Source of the DNA: Selaginella moellendorffii
Lineage: Eukaryota > Plantae > Lycopodiophyta
Length of the DNA stretch: 64,000 nt
NCBI RefSeq assembly: GCF_000143415.4
Contig: NW_003314305.1
Span: 1,566,750 to 1,630,749, forward strand
Direction of reading: 5' to 3'
Positions 1 through 12,585 of the stretch are shown piece by piece (the first letter of the stretch is position 1; each line of letters begins with the position of its first letter). A model generated the notes under the pieces. It was not told the origin of the DNA and made no database searches. It saw only the letters and a list, made by a program, of their open reading frames with translations. The position numbers and the translations under genes are program-made.

Positions 1-553
1 GTCGAGGCTCTCTTGTGTATAGATAAGTTCTGTTTCCACCAGCATCTATATACCGTCCTGAACACTCGTAGACACCTGTGCTGTCCAGCTCCTTGCTAAT
101 GACTGCGTGATAGATCCCATTTGCGTCTTCCGGAAACACGGAGAAGCAGTCCTTGGAGACGGCAGATTTCATCAACTGTATGGAGGCGTTGCCGACACTA
201 ACAGAACACTCGATTCTCGACAAGGAAATGTTACCGGAAACTGGCCTCTGACTGGAGTCGTTGTACTGTGTCACAATTCTCCACCACTTCGACAGTGTTG
301 GGAATTCAGAAGGCCCGTCGTCGGACAGAGATATGACGGCGCTGCGAACGGCTTCTTTGGAGTGCTCCGACCAGGGGCCAACCCAAGCAACATAGATCGT
401 GATAGGATCAACCATAAGCCTTCCCCCTTGGTATGCAAAACCGTTGCTACCAATAACAGATCGAATGGTGCTGCCAGAAGCCATCGATAAATTAGCAAGT
501 CCCACCCATAGCACTGAAAGCACAAGAGCTTCAAGCGGCATCTTAGCCATCAT
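1..553 (-). CDS. PHI-1/EXORDIUM-like secreted or membrane protein, paralogue of the 2124-4035 gene (5' part only; runs off the window)
   Basis: Manual translation of the minus strand from ATG 553 gives MMAKMPLEALVLSVLWVGLANLSMASGSTIRSVIGSNGFAYQGGRLMVDPITIYVAWVGPWSEHSKEAVRSAVISLSDDGPSEFPTLSKWWRIVTQYNDSSQRPVS. This is colinear with ORF 3157-4035 and has a hydrophobic signal peptide. Confidence 0.8.
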   Translation of the reverse strand, partial: MMAKMPLEALVLSVLWVGLANLSMASGSTIRSVIGSNGFAYQGGRLMVDPITIYVAWVGPWSEHSKEAVRSAVISLSDDGPSEFPTLSKWWRIVTQYNDSSQRPVSGNISLSRIECSVSVGNASIQLMKSAVSKDCFSVFPEDANGIYHAVISKELDSTGVYECSGRYIDAGGNRTYLYTREPR

Positions 554-844
554 ACCTCTTCGAGTTTCAAAAGCCTCCCTTCCTAGTCCTCATGTAAAAG
601 CCATGCCGTGTTACGATCAACACGATGGGCTCGCAGCAGTGTCCGAGCTCACCAATGTATAAATGTTTGTCACTGCAGCTTCATCTGCAAAATCTAGGTG
701 TTAACAAGGTAGAAGACAAGTTATGACGGGACAAACAGCCACGCAGAAAACAGAATGCAAACTTGTCGCATGCACAGAACGTCGATGAAACAAACCTTCA
801 GACCTTTCAAGCATGTGATTTCCTTAGGACACAAGCAAGGCAAA

Positions 845-2100
845 TTATCCAGTCAAAACGTTGGCCATACCAGTAAGAGAAATAAGTAAAGGATAGTTGT
901 GGTCTGCATCATAATTTAACCATTGCGTATTTTCGGCTTGCAAAAACTCCTTGTGCAGCTTGTAAATATCAGCATCATATACTTCCTTGACGGCAACAGC
1001 CAGACCAGCAGATTTTGCAATCTCAATAAATTTGAAAAGGCTTCCACCTCTGCAAGGACAGAAAAGTAGAGCCTCGGAAGTCATTGTACGTGTCAAAATC
1101 GATTTGATAGTATGCACCAGATCGAGATGAAAATCTTTGAAGTAAGTGCTAAGCCACAGAAAAAAAGCATCCATCAAATCCCATCTGTCATGAGGAACGT
1201 CTCTTACCAGTCAGCAGCAATAATAAAATCAAATTCAGAGTCCAGAGGTACTGGCTCTTTGCACCAGTACAAAACCTCTGAGCTGACTTTAGTCTTCCCA
1301 AACAGCTCCGCATTCAGTCTGCAATTTTTCTGGATATCTGCCAGGACGGAAGTCAAGGAGCCAAAAGAGAGGCGGCAAAAATATTATAGGATACAATTCA
1401 CAACCTTCGGGTTGCCATCCGTGATTAAAACTTCGGCAGCATCGGTACAAGCTGCCAATGCTAGTCCCGCTAATCCATATCCAGCACCAAGTTCTATAAT
1501 CCTCTTGTTCCTGTCAATCCAAACGCTACCCACAGATTGGAATTGGATGGAAAAAGAAATGGAAGAGCGAGATATCACGTACCTAAACATTTCCGGTCGT
1601 GAAACGCAATAGGAAGCAAGAATCTCTTCAGCTGGCCACAAACCTATGAAAAGCTTGTGATCTTCACTTAAGAAAAAGAATAGAAATCTCCACTTACAAA
1701 TAACACCAGTGTTGTCAATGCCGAGCTCTCTACAGCTCGAATGATCGCTAAGCTTAAACTGGCCGCTGCGTGATTGCCTACAGGAAGAAAATTCACCAAT
1801 GATAACAAAGAAAGCGATAAACCTCATCAGCAATGCAGTCGTCCGCTCATCCGGGAGCGTGTACTCCCACAGAATACCATCGATCTCCTCGTTATCTTCC
1901 ACGCAGCGGCTCGCGATCAGGCCAAAGCTCCCGGACGGGACTCTGGATACTCTCGCAGCCTCCTCGTCAATCTCATCTGCGGCATTGCAAGTCTGGACAA
2001 TGTGGGAGCCGATCCAGCTCAAGAACATACCAGATTTCGAGCGGAGCAGCGATCGCTTGAGAAGGCGCCATCGCAGAGCCGCGGGAGACGAAGCTGCCAT
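845..2100 (-). CDS. Calmodulin-lysine N-methyltransferase-like protein (7-beta-strand SAM methyltransferase), multi-exon
   Basis: N-terminal LRWRLLKRSL, GIDNTGVIC/LWPAEEILASYC, motif I IIELGAGYGLAGL, LITDGNPKVV, FDFIIAADCTYFKDFH and LLFCPCRGGSL, spread over ORFs 1384-2100 and 845-1177 with GT-AG introns. Confidence 0.85.
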
Positions 2101-2123
2101 TGTAAAACCCTAACGCTATTTGG

Positions 2124-4035
2124 TCAAATTAGAATGACATTACATGGATTTCTAGTAGTAGTTTCACTAGCAGTGGTTTTACTATAAGAGCGCCGGATCA
2201 AGCACGCTCCACAGAGCAAACACGAGAGTCCCATCAAGCACGACGCTCCAGAGATAATTGCGACCACGTTTCTCCTGGAAGATCGACGCTGCGACTCCGA
2301 TTCTGGATGATCCATCTCAAAGTTCGCGGCCCAGCCATCGCCATCACCGGTTTGGGTCGTGAAAACCAGCAACACTGGCCCGCTATACGTCCGGTTTGGA
2401 AGAATGGAGTAGCGTCCCGAGAAGCTTTCCAAGATGGAGCCCCGGAGCTTGTCGTTTCCTTGATAGACAGTGAGGACGTCTCGGCCTTGGATCGTGTCGA
2501 AACGAGTGACCTTTAGCCGGACTTCGGTGCCTTTTTTCGCGTTTAAGACCCACCTACACTCGCGCAAGCCCAAGTACTTCGATCCCTCGGGACTTCCATC
2601 CGATATAGAGCCCGATCGGGCGGAGGCCACAGTGGTTCCATTGCAGAATCCTGGAGGACGAAAAAAACAGAGCCTTTTTTCTTCTTCCAGAAGCAAAACT
2701 AGAAGATGATGTTCTTACCAGCTTTGTATTCGATCTCCCATCCCAGAGAACCAGCCGCTTGTTCGTCCGCGCTTGTTTTAAACTCGAGTATCAAGTTTGT
2801 GGGAACGAAGTCCGGAAGGACGATCCGAGAGCTAGCACCAGTCATGGATCTTAGCACCTCGCAACTATCAACTCGGCCGGAAGCACGCGGCAATATGGGA
2901 CACTCGTAGAAGTTGAGCTTGTCTGTGATGCTTAGAACCATGAAGTTCACGGTCACACGGAAGATCTTCGCTGTTGGAACGTCGAGGAGCCACAGGCAAT
3001 TCCTTGCAGGAGGATATGGTTGCAAGCCAACGCTGTGGTTGACGATCAAGCCCTCGCTTATCAGGCCTCTTGGCTTGTCAACCGGTTTGATGGAGTGGCA
3101 TTTTGCTGTACGAACAAGCAAACAACGTGAAATCATTCATGCATGCACACTCATGGTCACGACTTACCAATGATCTGGAGAGCACAATTGCTGTTCTCTA
3201 GGCTCCAAAGTTGCTGGATGAGGAACCGTGAGCCATTTATCCCGACCAAGTTCCAGCTCACGCCATTCTCCTCGATCACGGGACTGTTTCCATCGCTGAG
3301 TCCCGTTGGAGACGGACACAAGGAGCTGATAGTTCCTCCGGAATCGTCCTTCCAGCCGATCGTGTCGATGTTTGTAGCTCTCTCGGCGCTGCTGGCTAGA
3401 ACTCTGCTGATCAACGAGTCCAAACCTGTGTCACCATTCGGTGCCTCCGCAAGTCCTCCAAACCGACGCCATAAGTTACAGTACTCGTCTTCTCTCGGCT
3501 GCCGAGCAAAGAGATAAGTTCTTCCGCCACCATTCCCTTCAAATCTCCCAAAGCATTTGTAGACTCCCGTGCTGTCCAGATCGCTGCCGACGACCGCGTG
3601 ATATATCCCATTTGGGTCTTCCGGAAGAACATCGCTGCATTGCTTCGAGACGGTGGATTCTATCAGCTCGACTGAAGCGTTGGCGATACTGACATAGCAC
3701 TCGGTTGTCGACAAGGAGATCTTGCTAGAAACTGGCCTTTGGTTGGAGTCATTGTACTGCGTCGCGATTTTCCACCACCCGGACAAGGTCGGGAGCTCTG
3801 AAGGTCTGTGATCATCCGAGGAAGAAAGAGATCGGATGGCGTTGCGAAGAGCTTCCTTGGAGTTCTCCGACCAGGGGCCAACCCAAGTAACGTAGATCGT
3901 GATCGGATCAACCATGAGCCTTCCTCCATGATATGTTAGATTAGCATTGTCAGATCGAATTGAGCTGCCAAAAGCAATGGTATCAGTCGATAGAAGCACG
4001 AGTTCAAGTGTAAGGAATAGGGACTGGAGCAACAT
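2124..4035 (-). CDS. Signal peptide + PHI-1/EXORDIUM-like domain + 2 CUB domains + TM helix + short tail (exons 4035-3168, 3105-2719, 2650-2124)
   Basis: Exon 1 has EXO/PHI-1 hallmarks (LTYHGGRLM..ITIYVTWVGPW, WWKIATQY, APNGDTGLDSLIS, NLVGINGSRFLIQQLW..C). Exons 2 and 3 have CUB hallmarks (YPPARNCLWLLDVP; CNG..SGSISDGS..Y...RECRWVL..VRLKVTRFDT..DVLTVYQG..VLLVFTT..GWAANF), followed by TM VVAIISGASCLMGLSCLLCGACLI. Two phase-1 GTAAG..CAG introns join the exons in frame. Confidence 0.8.
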
Positions 4036-4559
4036 CTTACATCGAGTGGATCACTAGCCTCTTATAAAACCGATCTATCCCATTGTCACGCAACTCTGTC
4101 CGAGCTCGCCGATGTTAAATCTTTTGGCACACTATGGAAATGTTAGTTCATGATAAAGCTACAGCAATGAAAGAAACAAACTACAAACATAAAATCTTTA
4201 CGTGCCATATGTAAGCCGGCCACAATAACGAAAACATGTGAAGTTCTGAATTTTCGAAATCATCCAAGGTAAAAGCTCCAAACCTCTTTGTTTTTACATG
4301 GATGCTGTAGCACCTCAGTTATTGACACAACCAATTTGTCCATAAGAGATCTTTGCAAGAGATCGTCGCGATATGCTTGACGAAGGTTTCCATATTCTAC
4401 AAAGGAGATTAGTGGTTGTTGATTCTACCTACATTAATCAGCTCTTCTCAAGGTATAAGCTAAGTTCCGTGTGGATTAACTTCCCTATTCCAAGCCAAGG
4501 TTCTTATTCTCTGTGTGTATTGCAAGCTAGATCTCTAACGACAAGCAATTCTCTCCACC

Positions 4560-6250
4560 ACTAGACAAGCAATTCTTTGCCATCTCAGGAGGCACTCGAT
4601 TCGCATGCGGGCTTGCGTATGGTTCTCACTTCGCAATATGCTGAGTTCCAGATCTTTTAAAGAATGTAGGCTATGTAAGCTTGAGCTCCGGTGCCTATCA
4701 TGTCTGTGCGATTAGTAAAAACGACAATGGGGTTGAGTGCTGGGGGGCGATTGACGAGTTTCCAAGCTCTGAGCTAGAGTTTTTCTCGGTTTCATCCGGC
4801 CTCTTGTGTCTCTCAGGCAGGAGAGGTACATTGCTGGGGTGCTGTAGATCAAGCAACCATTCAATCAACCTCACAAGTTCGCGTCGGTGTCTGTGGGATC
4901 TCGTACGATATGCGGGTTGCCAAGCTTTGATTCGGCTTCTTCCATTGCTCCTCCAGGTTACAGGTTTTCTTACGTGACTGTACCATGTGTTGGTATTCGA
5001 GCGGACAATTACGGGGTGGTATGCTGGGGTCAGGATGGTCTAGCGCTCCTTCCGAAACTCAGTTTTCAGTGATTTCAGCAGGGCTGTTTGCTGGGGGAAC
5101 TCGGCTGACTAGTGAACCATTGCTAGACTTTGGTAGTGCTAGAATGTGCACAAGCGAGTGTGGGAAGAACCAGTTTAAGCTGAATTCTACGTTGAAGGTG
5201 TTGTCTCCATCGTTTTCAGACAAAGTTTGCTTGGAGTGTTCCACATGTGGGACTGGAAGTGTTCTAGACTCCAAGTGCGCAGGCTCGCCTCTTTTCCTAA
5301 AATATAAGAACTCCCAGGAGGAAGTTGTGAGGAAGAAGAAAACAATCACCAAGGTGGCAGTATATGTAACTGTTGCTATGTTCGTCTTTGGTGTCGTTCT
5401 CTTAGAAATTTGGTCTATGTTTGGCAAAGAAAGCCCAGCAGTGCAATGGAGATTAAAGCTGAAGTTAGTAGCAAGCATTTCAATGTCTTCAAACCAGCTC
5501 GAAGCAGCCACCAATAACTATAGCGAAGAGGTTCCTTTGGGACAGGATTCCTTGAAAATGGGCAGGAAGTTTCTATTTCTAAAAGGTAATTCACTATTCC
5601 TGTTTTTCCTCTTAAGATACTTGTAAACTCTTTGAAGAAACGTTTGTTTCCAGAAATCACCACTCTTGTCTAGTATAATTGGTGGAATTTTGCATTGAGG
5701 AAGTCTTTGAGGACGCTTTGTGACAATATGCTCATGTCCAACTGTCCGGCACCTTTCCAGTTATGGGACCAGGATGATAGCTGCACAGGTTGCGTGAGGC
5801 CTGCACAAGTAAGCATGGCCCAAGATCATTCATATGGACGTGAAATCAGCCTACATCTTCCTTAATAACGAATGGAATGCTCATGTGTCAAACTTTGGAC
5901 TATCGTTAGACGAACCTCAAGGCAAATCGGGTTACTTGGATCCCGAGTGCAATGGCTACTCCGTCAAACTGAGCATAAAGAGCGACGCGACAGCTTTGGA
6001 GTGGTTCTTCTGGAGCTACTTTCTGGCAAGGCAATAGAAAGTTTTATGCTGATCTTCAAAGATGGGCGATTGAGCTGGTCGAACAAGACGAGTGGAACTC
6101 GGTGCTGGATCCAAGACTTTCACTTCCTTTGGAACCGGAGCCTTTGTATCGGGCAGTAAAGTTGGCACTGGAGTGCGCGAAGATCAATGGAAAGGAGAGG
6201 CCATGCATGACAAGAGAGTGCAAAGTCTCTCGAGGATATCTTAGAATCCA
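4560..6250 (+). pseudogene. Decayed CRINKLY4/CCR-like receptor kinase
   Basis: RCC1-like crinkly repeats (SSGAYHVCAI..VECWG, SVGSRTICGL, VVCWG), a Cys-rich stretch, TM VAVYVTVAMFVFGVVLL, LEAATNNYSEE, and kinase remnants (HMDVKSAYIFL..AHVSNFGLS, GYLDPE, SFGVVLLELLSG). These are scattered over several frames with stops. Confidence 0.7.
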
Positions 6251-6409
6251 TGGTAATCACCACTGAGGTTCCACGCTCTAGAACCATTTTTTATAAAAAA
6301 AAAGTATATAATGCGATCACCAACCATCTTGTAAAAATCCCTCTTTTTTTCCCAGTTTGTACACTTCATTGTCGTGGATGTTTTGCTTGACAAGAGATCT
6401 TATATATGA

Positions 6410-9026
6410 TCAGTGGCGATGACTGTTGTTGGGGCACTGGTAGCACTTGGCAAAGATTCCAAAAGTTTTGATCTGGTGGACGAAGTTCACGGTGCTGGCC
6501 CAGCCCCCAAAACCGACGCCCACAACGAACACCCACACCACCACGAAAAAGTTGAAAACGTAGACTGCTGCCCAGCTCGGCATTATAAAAGGAGGCTTCT
6601 CCACGGCATTCTGTTTGACAAACAAAAAAAACCAAGGATCGATCCATCAGTCCTGATGTGAACACTAGAACACACGAAAAGGATGAACAGTAGCTAGCTA
6701 CAAGTTCGTAGATTCGTCCACGAGAGAAAGTGGAAAAGCATTTAAGTACGTACCTCTCGTGCAAAGGCAGTCCTGAAAGTGAGCATATGTGCGAGGCAAG
6801 GAATGATGTAGACTGTGAAGGTGACGAGTAGAGAGCCCACGGCGGAGTTTATAGGCCCGAAGAATGGGAATATGACTGCCATGAACCATATCGGGATCAC
6901 CACAGGGATCCGGGCAGCTGCTCGAAGTAGGAACCTTGGACTTCTATGGACGCCAATTATCTTCTCCCACACGAAGTACAAGGGCGTGCAAGCAAATCCA
7001 AACGTAATAAACTGCGAGACAATGGGAAGTTTAGCTCCAGGAACGAAGATCATAGATCATCGATGATCTTTCTTACCTGGTGGAGTAGCATGAGAACCAC
7101 GGCGAGGTCTCGGAAGACGTTCTTTGGAAGCAATGCCAGAGCGTTGCCGTTGTGGAGAAGCTCGTCGCCAAAAGCCCAATACACGGCTGTAGCAGATGGT
7201 ATTGTCAAGGTGAGCACATACAAGGTTGAGAAGAGGTAAACTGACTTAAACTTTGAAGGCTTCCACATAGCATGCATGATTTCTCTGCAAGAAAACCACA
7301 AACAACTTAGTTATATCATCTGGTCTTGCAAAAAGAAGTAAGAAAAAACTTGATTTGATCCGGAGGGGTATGATTTGATCTGAGCAGGAAGAACAGGAAA
7401 GAAAAAGGAGGGAATCGATGGAATGATATCGTAGGATCAAGCAAAGTGGTGCCGTGAGAATCATGATCGACTTACACAGTGACGGCATGGCCACCAAAGG
7501 TGTACAAGATGTTGGTGGCTCCAGTGAAATATTGGACGAGATTATTTGGGGCCGAATGCTTTACACCTGGGTCCTGCAAAAGTGAAGAAGTGTGAGAATT
7601 ATTCATGTTAGACCACGCCTATACAAGAAGTTTAAAATCTATCCTCTATCATCTCATGATGTAGCAAAGCAGCAAAAGAAAATGAAAGATAATTCTAGTT
7701 CTACAGCAAACTTTGACGAGACAAGCTTATCATCCAGTGGAGCTTTTTTAGATGCTTCTCTCACCTTGCCATGGACGAGAGCAGTAATTGTCATGTACCA
7801 AGCCGTGTAAGTTGTCATCCCAAGCCCCAGGAAGGACCAAATTCTATAGTTGTGGAACGATGGAACCAACACCGTTGTCATGCAACAAGCTCCAAAGATA
7901 ATCGTCCATGTCCGCTTGTCAAATCTATCGCTTATGTAGTATATGTTGCTGTAACGAAAGGGAGAAGATGTTAGTGCCAATGAAGAACCAACTTACTTCT
8001 CTCTTTTTTTCTTTTCCTTTTCTCGAGAACTTGAACTTGAGCTTACCTTCCACACGCAATGAGCTGAATCACCGAGCCAAAGAGAAGAAATGTACAGTTA
8101 AAAGTGAATCCAGCGGCCTTCCAGTATGGTCCCAAGAGACCATCGAGAACTTCGAACCACTGTCAAGAAAAAATATCACTCTTTTAGCAGCGAGAACAAA
8201 CTCTCGAAGTTCTAGCTACAGGAACTTTGGAAGAAGTCTTGGAGCTCTCAAAGTTCTACAGCTAAACTCTCCAAGCCTTCTCACAAACAGCCAGAAGAGA
8301 AGAAAAGAAAGAAGAAAAAAGTTTTAAACTTTAGCATAACTCTACCTGGATGACATGGTTCTTGAAGTTGACATTCTCTTTTTCCTTGCGAGCCCGATAC
8401 TCGACATAGAGGCAGCTGATAAGATAGGCAGTCCAGGAGCCCAAAAGCCCGTAAAACACTTGGAAGGTGACCCCCCACACAATGCCCAGCTGCGAGAAAG
8501 AGTATGGCAGCGTCAAAAGCACCTGTGCGACCTGTGGAGAAGAAAAGAGAAAAACAAGTAAGTTCCGACAAACAACGAAGGAAGAAGAAGAACGAAGGTT
8601 TCTTTTTGACAGAAAGTGGAGGAATCGAAGCAAAGGCGAGGAAGCTATAGAAGAACAACAAGAAAGGAGTGATCTTTGGTTTTTGCTATACGGAAGCAAA
8701 GGCGGGGAAGCTATGGAAGAACAACAAGAAAGGAGTGATCTTTGGTTTTTATACTGCGAGTGGAAGGAATCGAAGCAAAGGCGGGGAAGCTATGCAAGAA
8801 GAGCAAGAAAGGAGTGGTCTTTTGAGCTCTCACTACTCACCTGGTTGGAGGCGCAGCTAAACCAAGCATCGTAGACGGATCCACCGTGCCAGAGGAGCTT
8901 CTTGGCGAGAGCTCGCATGGAGTTATCCACAAGCCCATCTTGTTCTTGCCGGTCCTTCTCCACCTCGGTGTAGCTATTGTTCTCGCCGGTGTGCGTCGCC
9001 AGAGCCACCAGCGATTGGAGACCCAT
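6410..9026 (-). CDS. LAX: AUX1/LAX auxin influx carrier, multi-exon
   Basis: LWHGGSVYDAWFSCASNQVAQVLLTLPYSFSQLG, NFKNHVIQWFEVLDGLLG, DKRTWTIIFGACCMTTV..PSFHNYRIWSFLGLGMTTYTAWY, EIMHAMWKPSKFK, PFFGPINSAVGSLLV and GFGGWAS..FGIFAKCYQC. Confidence 0.96.
8614..8826. repeat. Three imperfect ~65-75 bp tandem copies within LAX intron 1
   Basis: GAAGCAAAGGCG(A/G)GGAAGCTAT..AAGAA...CAAGAAAGGAGTG recurs at about 8627, 8693 and 8773. Confidence 0.8.
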
Positions 9027-11138
9027 GTCTAGAAATCTATGACGACTGCTGCAAATCTCTACGAGCTAGAACAAGTGTACTCTAGGAGCAAAGAAGAGAC
9101 CTTCCCACATTGTGATCCTCGGTGTCGAGCGAGGATGCTCTATTGGGCTGTTCGATCGAGCGAAGAGGGAAAGCAAAAACTCATCTTTGTGGCTTTCCGG
9201 GGTGTTGAGAGAAGCATAGGAGCGAGCTCCGAGCGATGGAGCTCCTCGAGGAGATAATGAGAGATGAGGAGCTATAGTTTGATCTCGATCGATTGATTCT
9301 TGGGAGGACGAGAAAAGAGGGATGGATCGGCTAGATGGGAAGAGTGAAAGAATGTATTTTCTATGGAAGTAGCATAGGATAGCTATAGCCTATAACCCCG
9401 TTCTCTCCATCTCTCTCCATAGCTCTTCTCTCTCTTTTCTTCTTCCCTGAGAATAAAAGACAAAGACGAGGCAGATGAGAAACGCCATGACGAGGTCTCT
9501 TTCCATCTCGCTCAACTCGGATTGGACCAGGAAAAGAGAGAGAGAGAGAAAAAAAAAACCACTGTCAAAACGAGGAGCTTTTGTTCTCTTTTTCCTCTGG
9601 AAAAAGCTGATAAGAAATATGCGTATTTCTCCACAATTTCTTCCTCGTTGGATTTGGATATGATACACAGCTTGGTCGTCCAAGCTTGTTCTTTTGCTTG
9701 TGATGATAGGTACTTTTATACAGCTCCAGCAATACCCACCTACTGTCTACTATCGATCAATCAATACGAGAAACAGCAACACTTCACCAAACTAAGCATA
9801 GAGTTCTCCAAAACTTTTGATCTTTCCATTCCCTCCATCTCATGCTTAGCGATTTGCACGACCACTGTCCTTTTTCCTCCAATAAAAACCATGCCAGTGG
9901 CTACATTTACTACAGTCCTCTCTTCTTTTGGCTTTCATTGAGATACGAAATAAACTCCCGAGTCGGACGGGGCGATCAAGCTCATAAGATCGCCCAAAAC
10001 CATAGCTTAAGTGGTCTCGTCCGTACAGTCTAGAAATTTCTATGACCACGTTGTCTCGAGAGAGGTGCCAAAAGCTGATGCTTGCTTTGCTTTGCTTGTC
10101 TCTTACGAATGATCCCACTGATTCATCCCAGCTCGCATGGAACGTAACCCCATGGCTGTACGGAAAGACGAATTTTCTCTCCAGGAGGGAGGGGGTGGGG
10201 CCTCACTCACAAGTGAACGAGAATTCTTTTTTTTTTCCTGTACCAACATTGGAATCGCAACGTATAGTCGGGAAAGTTTCTCGGCCAGCGGTGGAAAACA
10301 ACATAAAACAATGGAGAGGTTCTCCTTTCTATCTTCCGGAATCTCTGCCGTACAGGGGCTTGTTGTTGGCCATTCATTCTCTTCCTCGTGGCCCCGATTG
10401 ATTGTACTGCGGGCGGTATGGACCATGTGGCCCATATGCTCATGATTGTGAGCATGGCCGCATGCACCATTGTCACATTCCTTCTCGAGATTTTTGTGAC
10501 AATTTCTAACTATATAAAAGGTCCTTTCCTTATTAACAAAAGTTTGACTAAAATTAAAAGTTCAAAGTATTCAGATTACAATATCTAAAATATAAATTGT
10601 CTTCAATTTAGATGAGTAATATTATTTACTATGATGCATGGTAGTATGGTGATTATGATAGTTGTAATGGAATGTGAAAGAGTGAAATAAATTGATAGAA
10701 ATTTAAAAATATAAAAATATAATAATGATGGAAAAGTTATATTCTATCATGAAAAAAATACCAAATATGAAAATTTTATTTAATTAAAATATGATAAATA
10801 AAAATAATTTTAACTCAACTAAAAAAAGAGTATATTAAAGGTGGGGCATGATCTTTCATATAAAGCTCTACATTCTTTGAATCACCAAGTATTCCTCCAA
10901 GTACCTTCCCACCTAAAATTAAAAATAATACTTTGAGAGTTTTAATAGTTGAAATTTCAAGTATTTATTTTATAAATTAAAATTTGTTTCCATTATTATT
11001 ATTGTTACTAATAAAATTGAACTTGATTTTGATTAAAAGCTTAAAGGAATATGTAATTAGCATATACATATAATTTTATAATTTTATTGTTTTAGTATAA
11101 TAAATTTTACAAATACTAATATTTTAAAACATTAATTG

Positions 11139-11241
<103 letters not shown>

Positions 11242-12585
11242 ATAGTAAAAATAAAATATTTATTCACTTTCAAATAAGATATTTCCCCAAATCGACAATC
11301 TATATGCTTTAGTACTATAATTGTGTATTACGTAGGCAATATACATATATGTATTTACAAACTTTATAGTATTTATTTATATATATATGTGAGGGCCAAG
11401 TGTACGGCTACGATACCGTATATTAATATTAGCGTAGTGGGATTTTGGTAGCTGTCGGATTGGTTTCAATCTGGACCACTCACTCTTGTATATAAACTAG
11501 GGTTTTTGGGTTAATTGATATGCACATTTTCTGTATTCCCCTTCCATATTCCAAGCACTCACATTGGTGGAGATGAGGGGCACCTTTGATTATCCCTAAG
11601 GAGTGCTTGAATTTGGGATTTTAGTTTAGATTTAGCTTTTGCATTGTCTAGATCTAGCTTTTTCCATTTCCTTTCTTTTTCTTCCCTTTCAGGATGTTGG
11701 TTTAGATTTAGCTTTTTGCATTGTCTAGATCTCTCATTTCCTTTTTGTTTTTTGTCGTTTCTCTTCGTTTGCTCTTTCTTCGTTTATCTTCATGGCAGAT
11801 CAGCAATCTCCTCCTTTGACTCTAGAGCAGCAGTTGGTCCAATTGCTTGATGCTATGCGCTTGCAATTGAACAACCAAACTCAATTGATAGCGGCATTCA
11901 CGGCACGTGGTTCAACTCCTCTTGCTCTTGGTGCCAATCTTCGTGTTCGGCCGGAGTTCTTTCGTGGGAATCCTGGGGATGATGTGTACCATTGGTTCGA
12001 TCACTTCACGGTGATTGCCACATATCATTCTTGGGATGATGCTCGACATTTGCGTGAGTTTCCCACGTGTCTCCAAGGGACGGCGTTGCAGTGGTACAAT
12101 GGATTGAGTGCGGCCACTCGTGGGGATTGGAGTCTTCTTCCGGACGTCTTCAAACGCGCCTTCGGACATGCCGACGATTGTGACGATTCCTTCCAACAAT
12201 TGCATCGTCTTAGCCAAGGGCCATCTGAGTCAGTGATGCAATTTGGCGTTCGTTTCCGAAGTCTTTTGCTTCATGCAGAGCCTAATATGTTGGAGTGGAT
12301 CAAGCTAGGAATGTTGTGGCCAGCACTTCGTCAAGATCTTGTCGGCCTTGTGCATGCACTTGCTCCTGCCACCCTTGACGATGCTCTTCGCTTGGCACAA
12401 CGTTATGAAACATTGCCTCTTCCACTTCTTGCTGCACGTCCTTCCGCTCCACTTCCTATGAGTGATGGTCCTGTTCCAATGGAGGTTGATGCTGCTGCTA
12501 CTCGAGTCCAAGGACAAGGGAGAGGACGTGGTCGTGGCCGTGATGTTTGTTGCTGGGCGTGTGATGAAGTTGGTCATACTTATCG

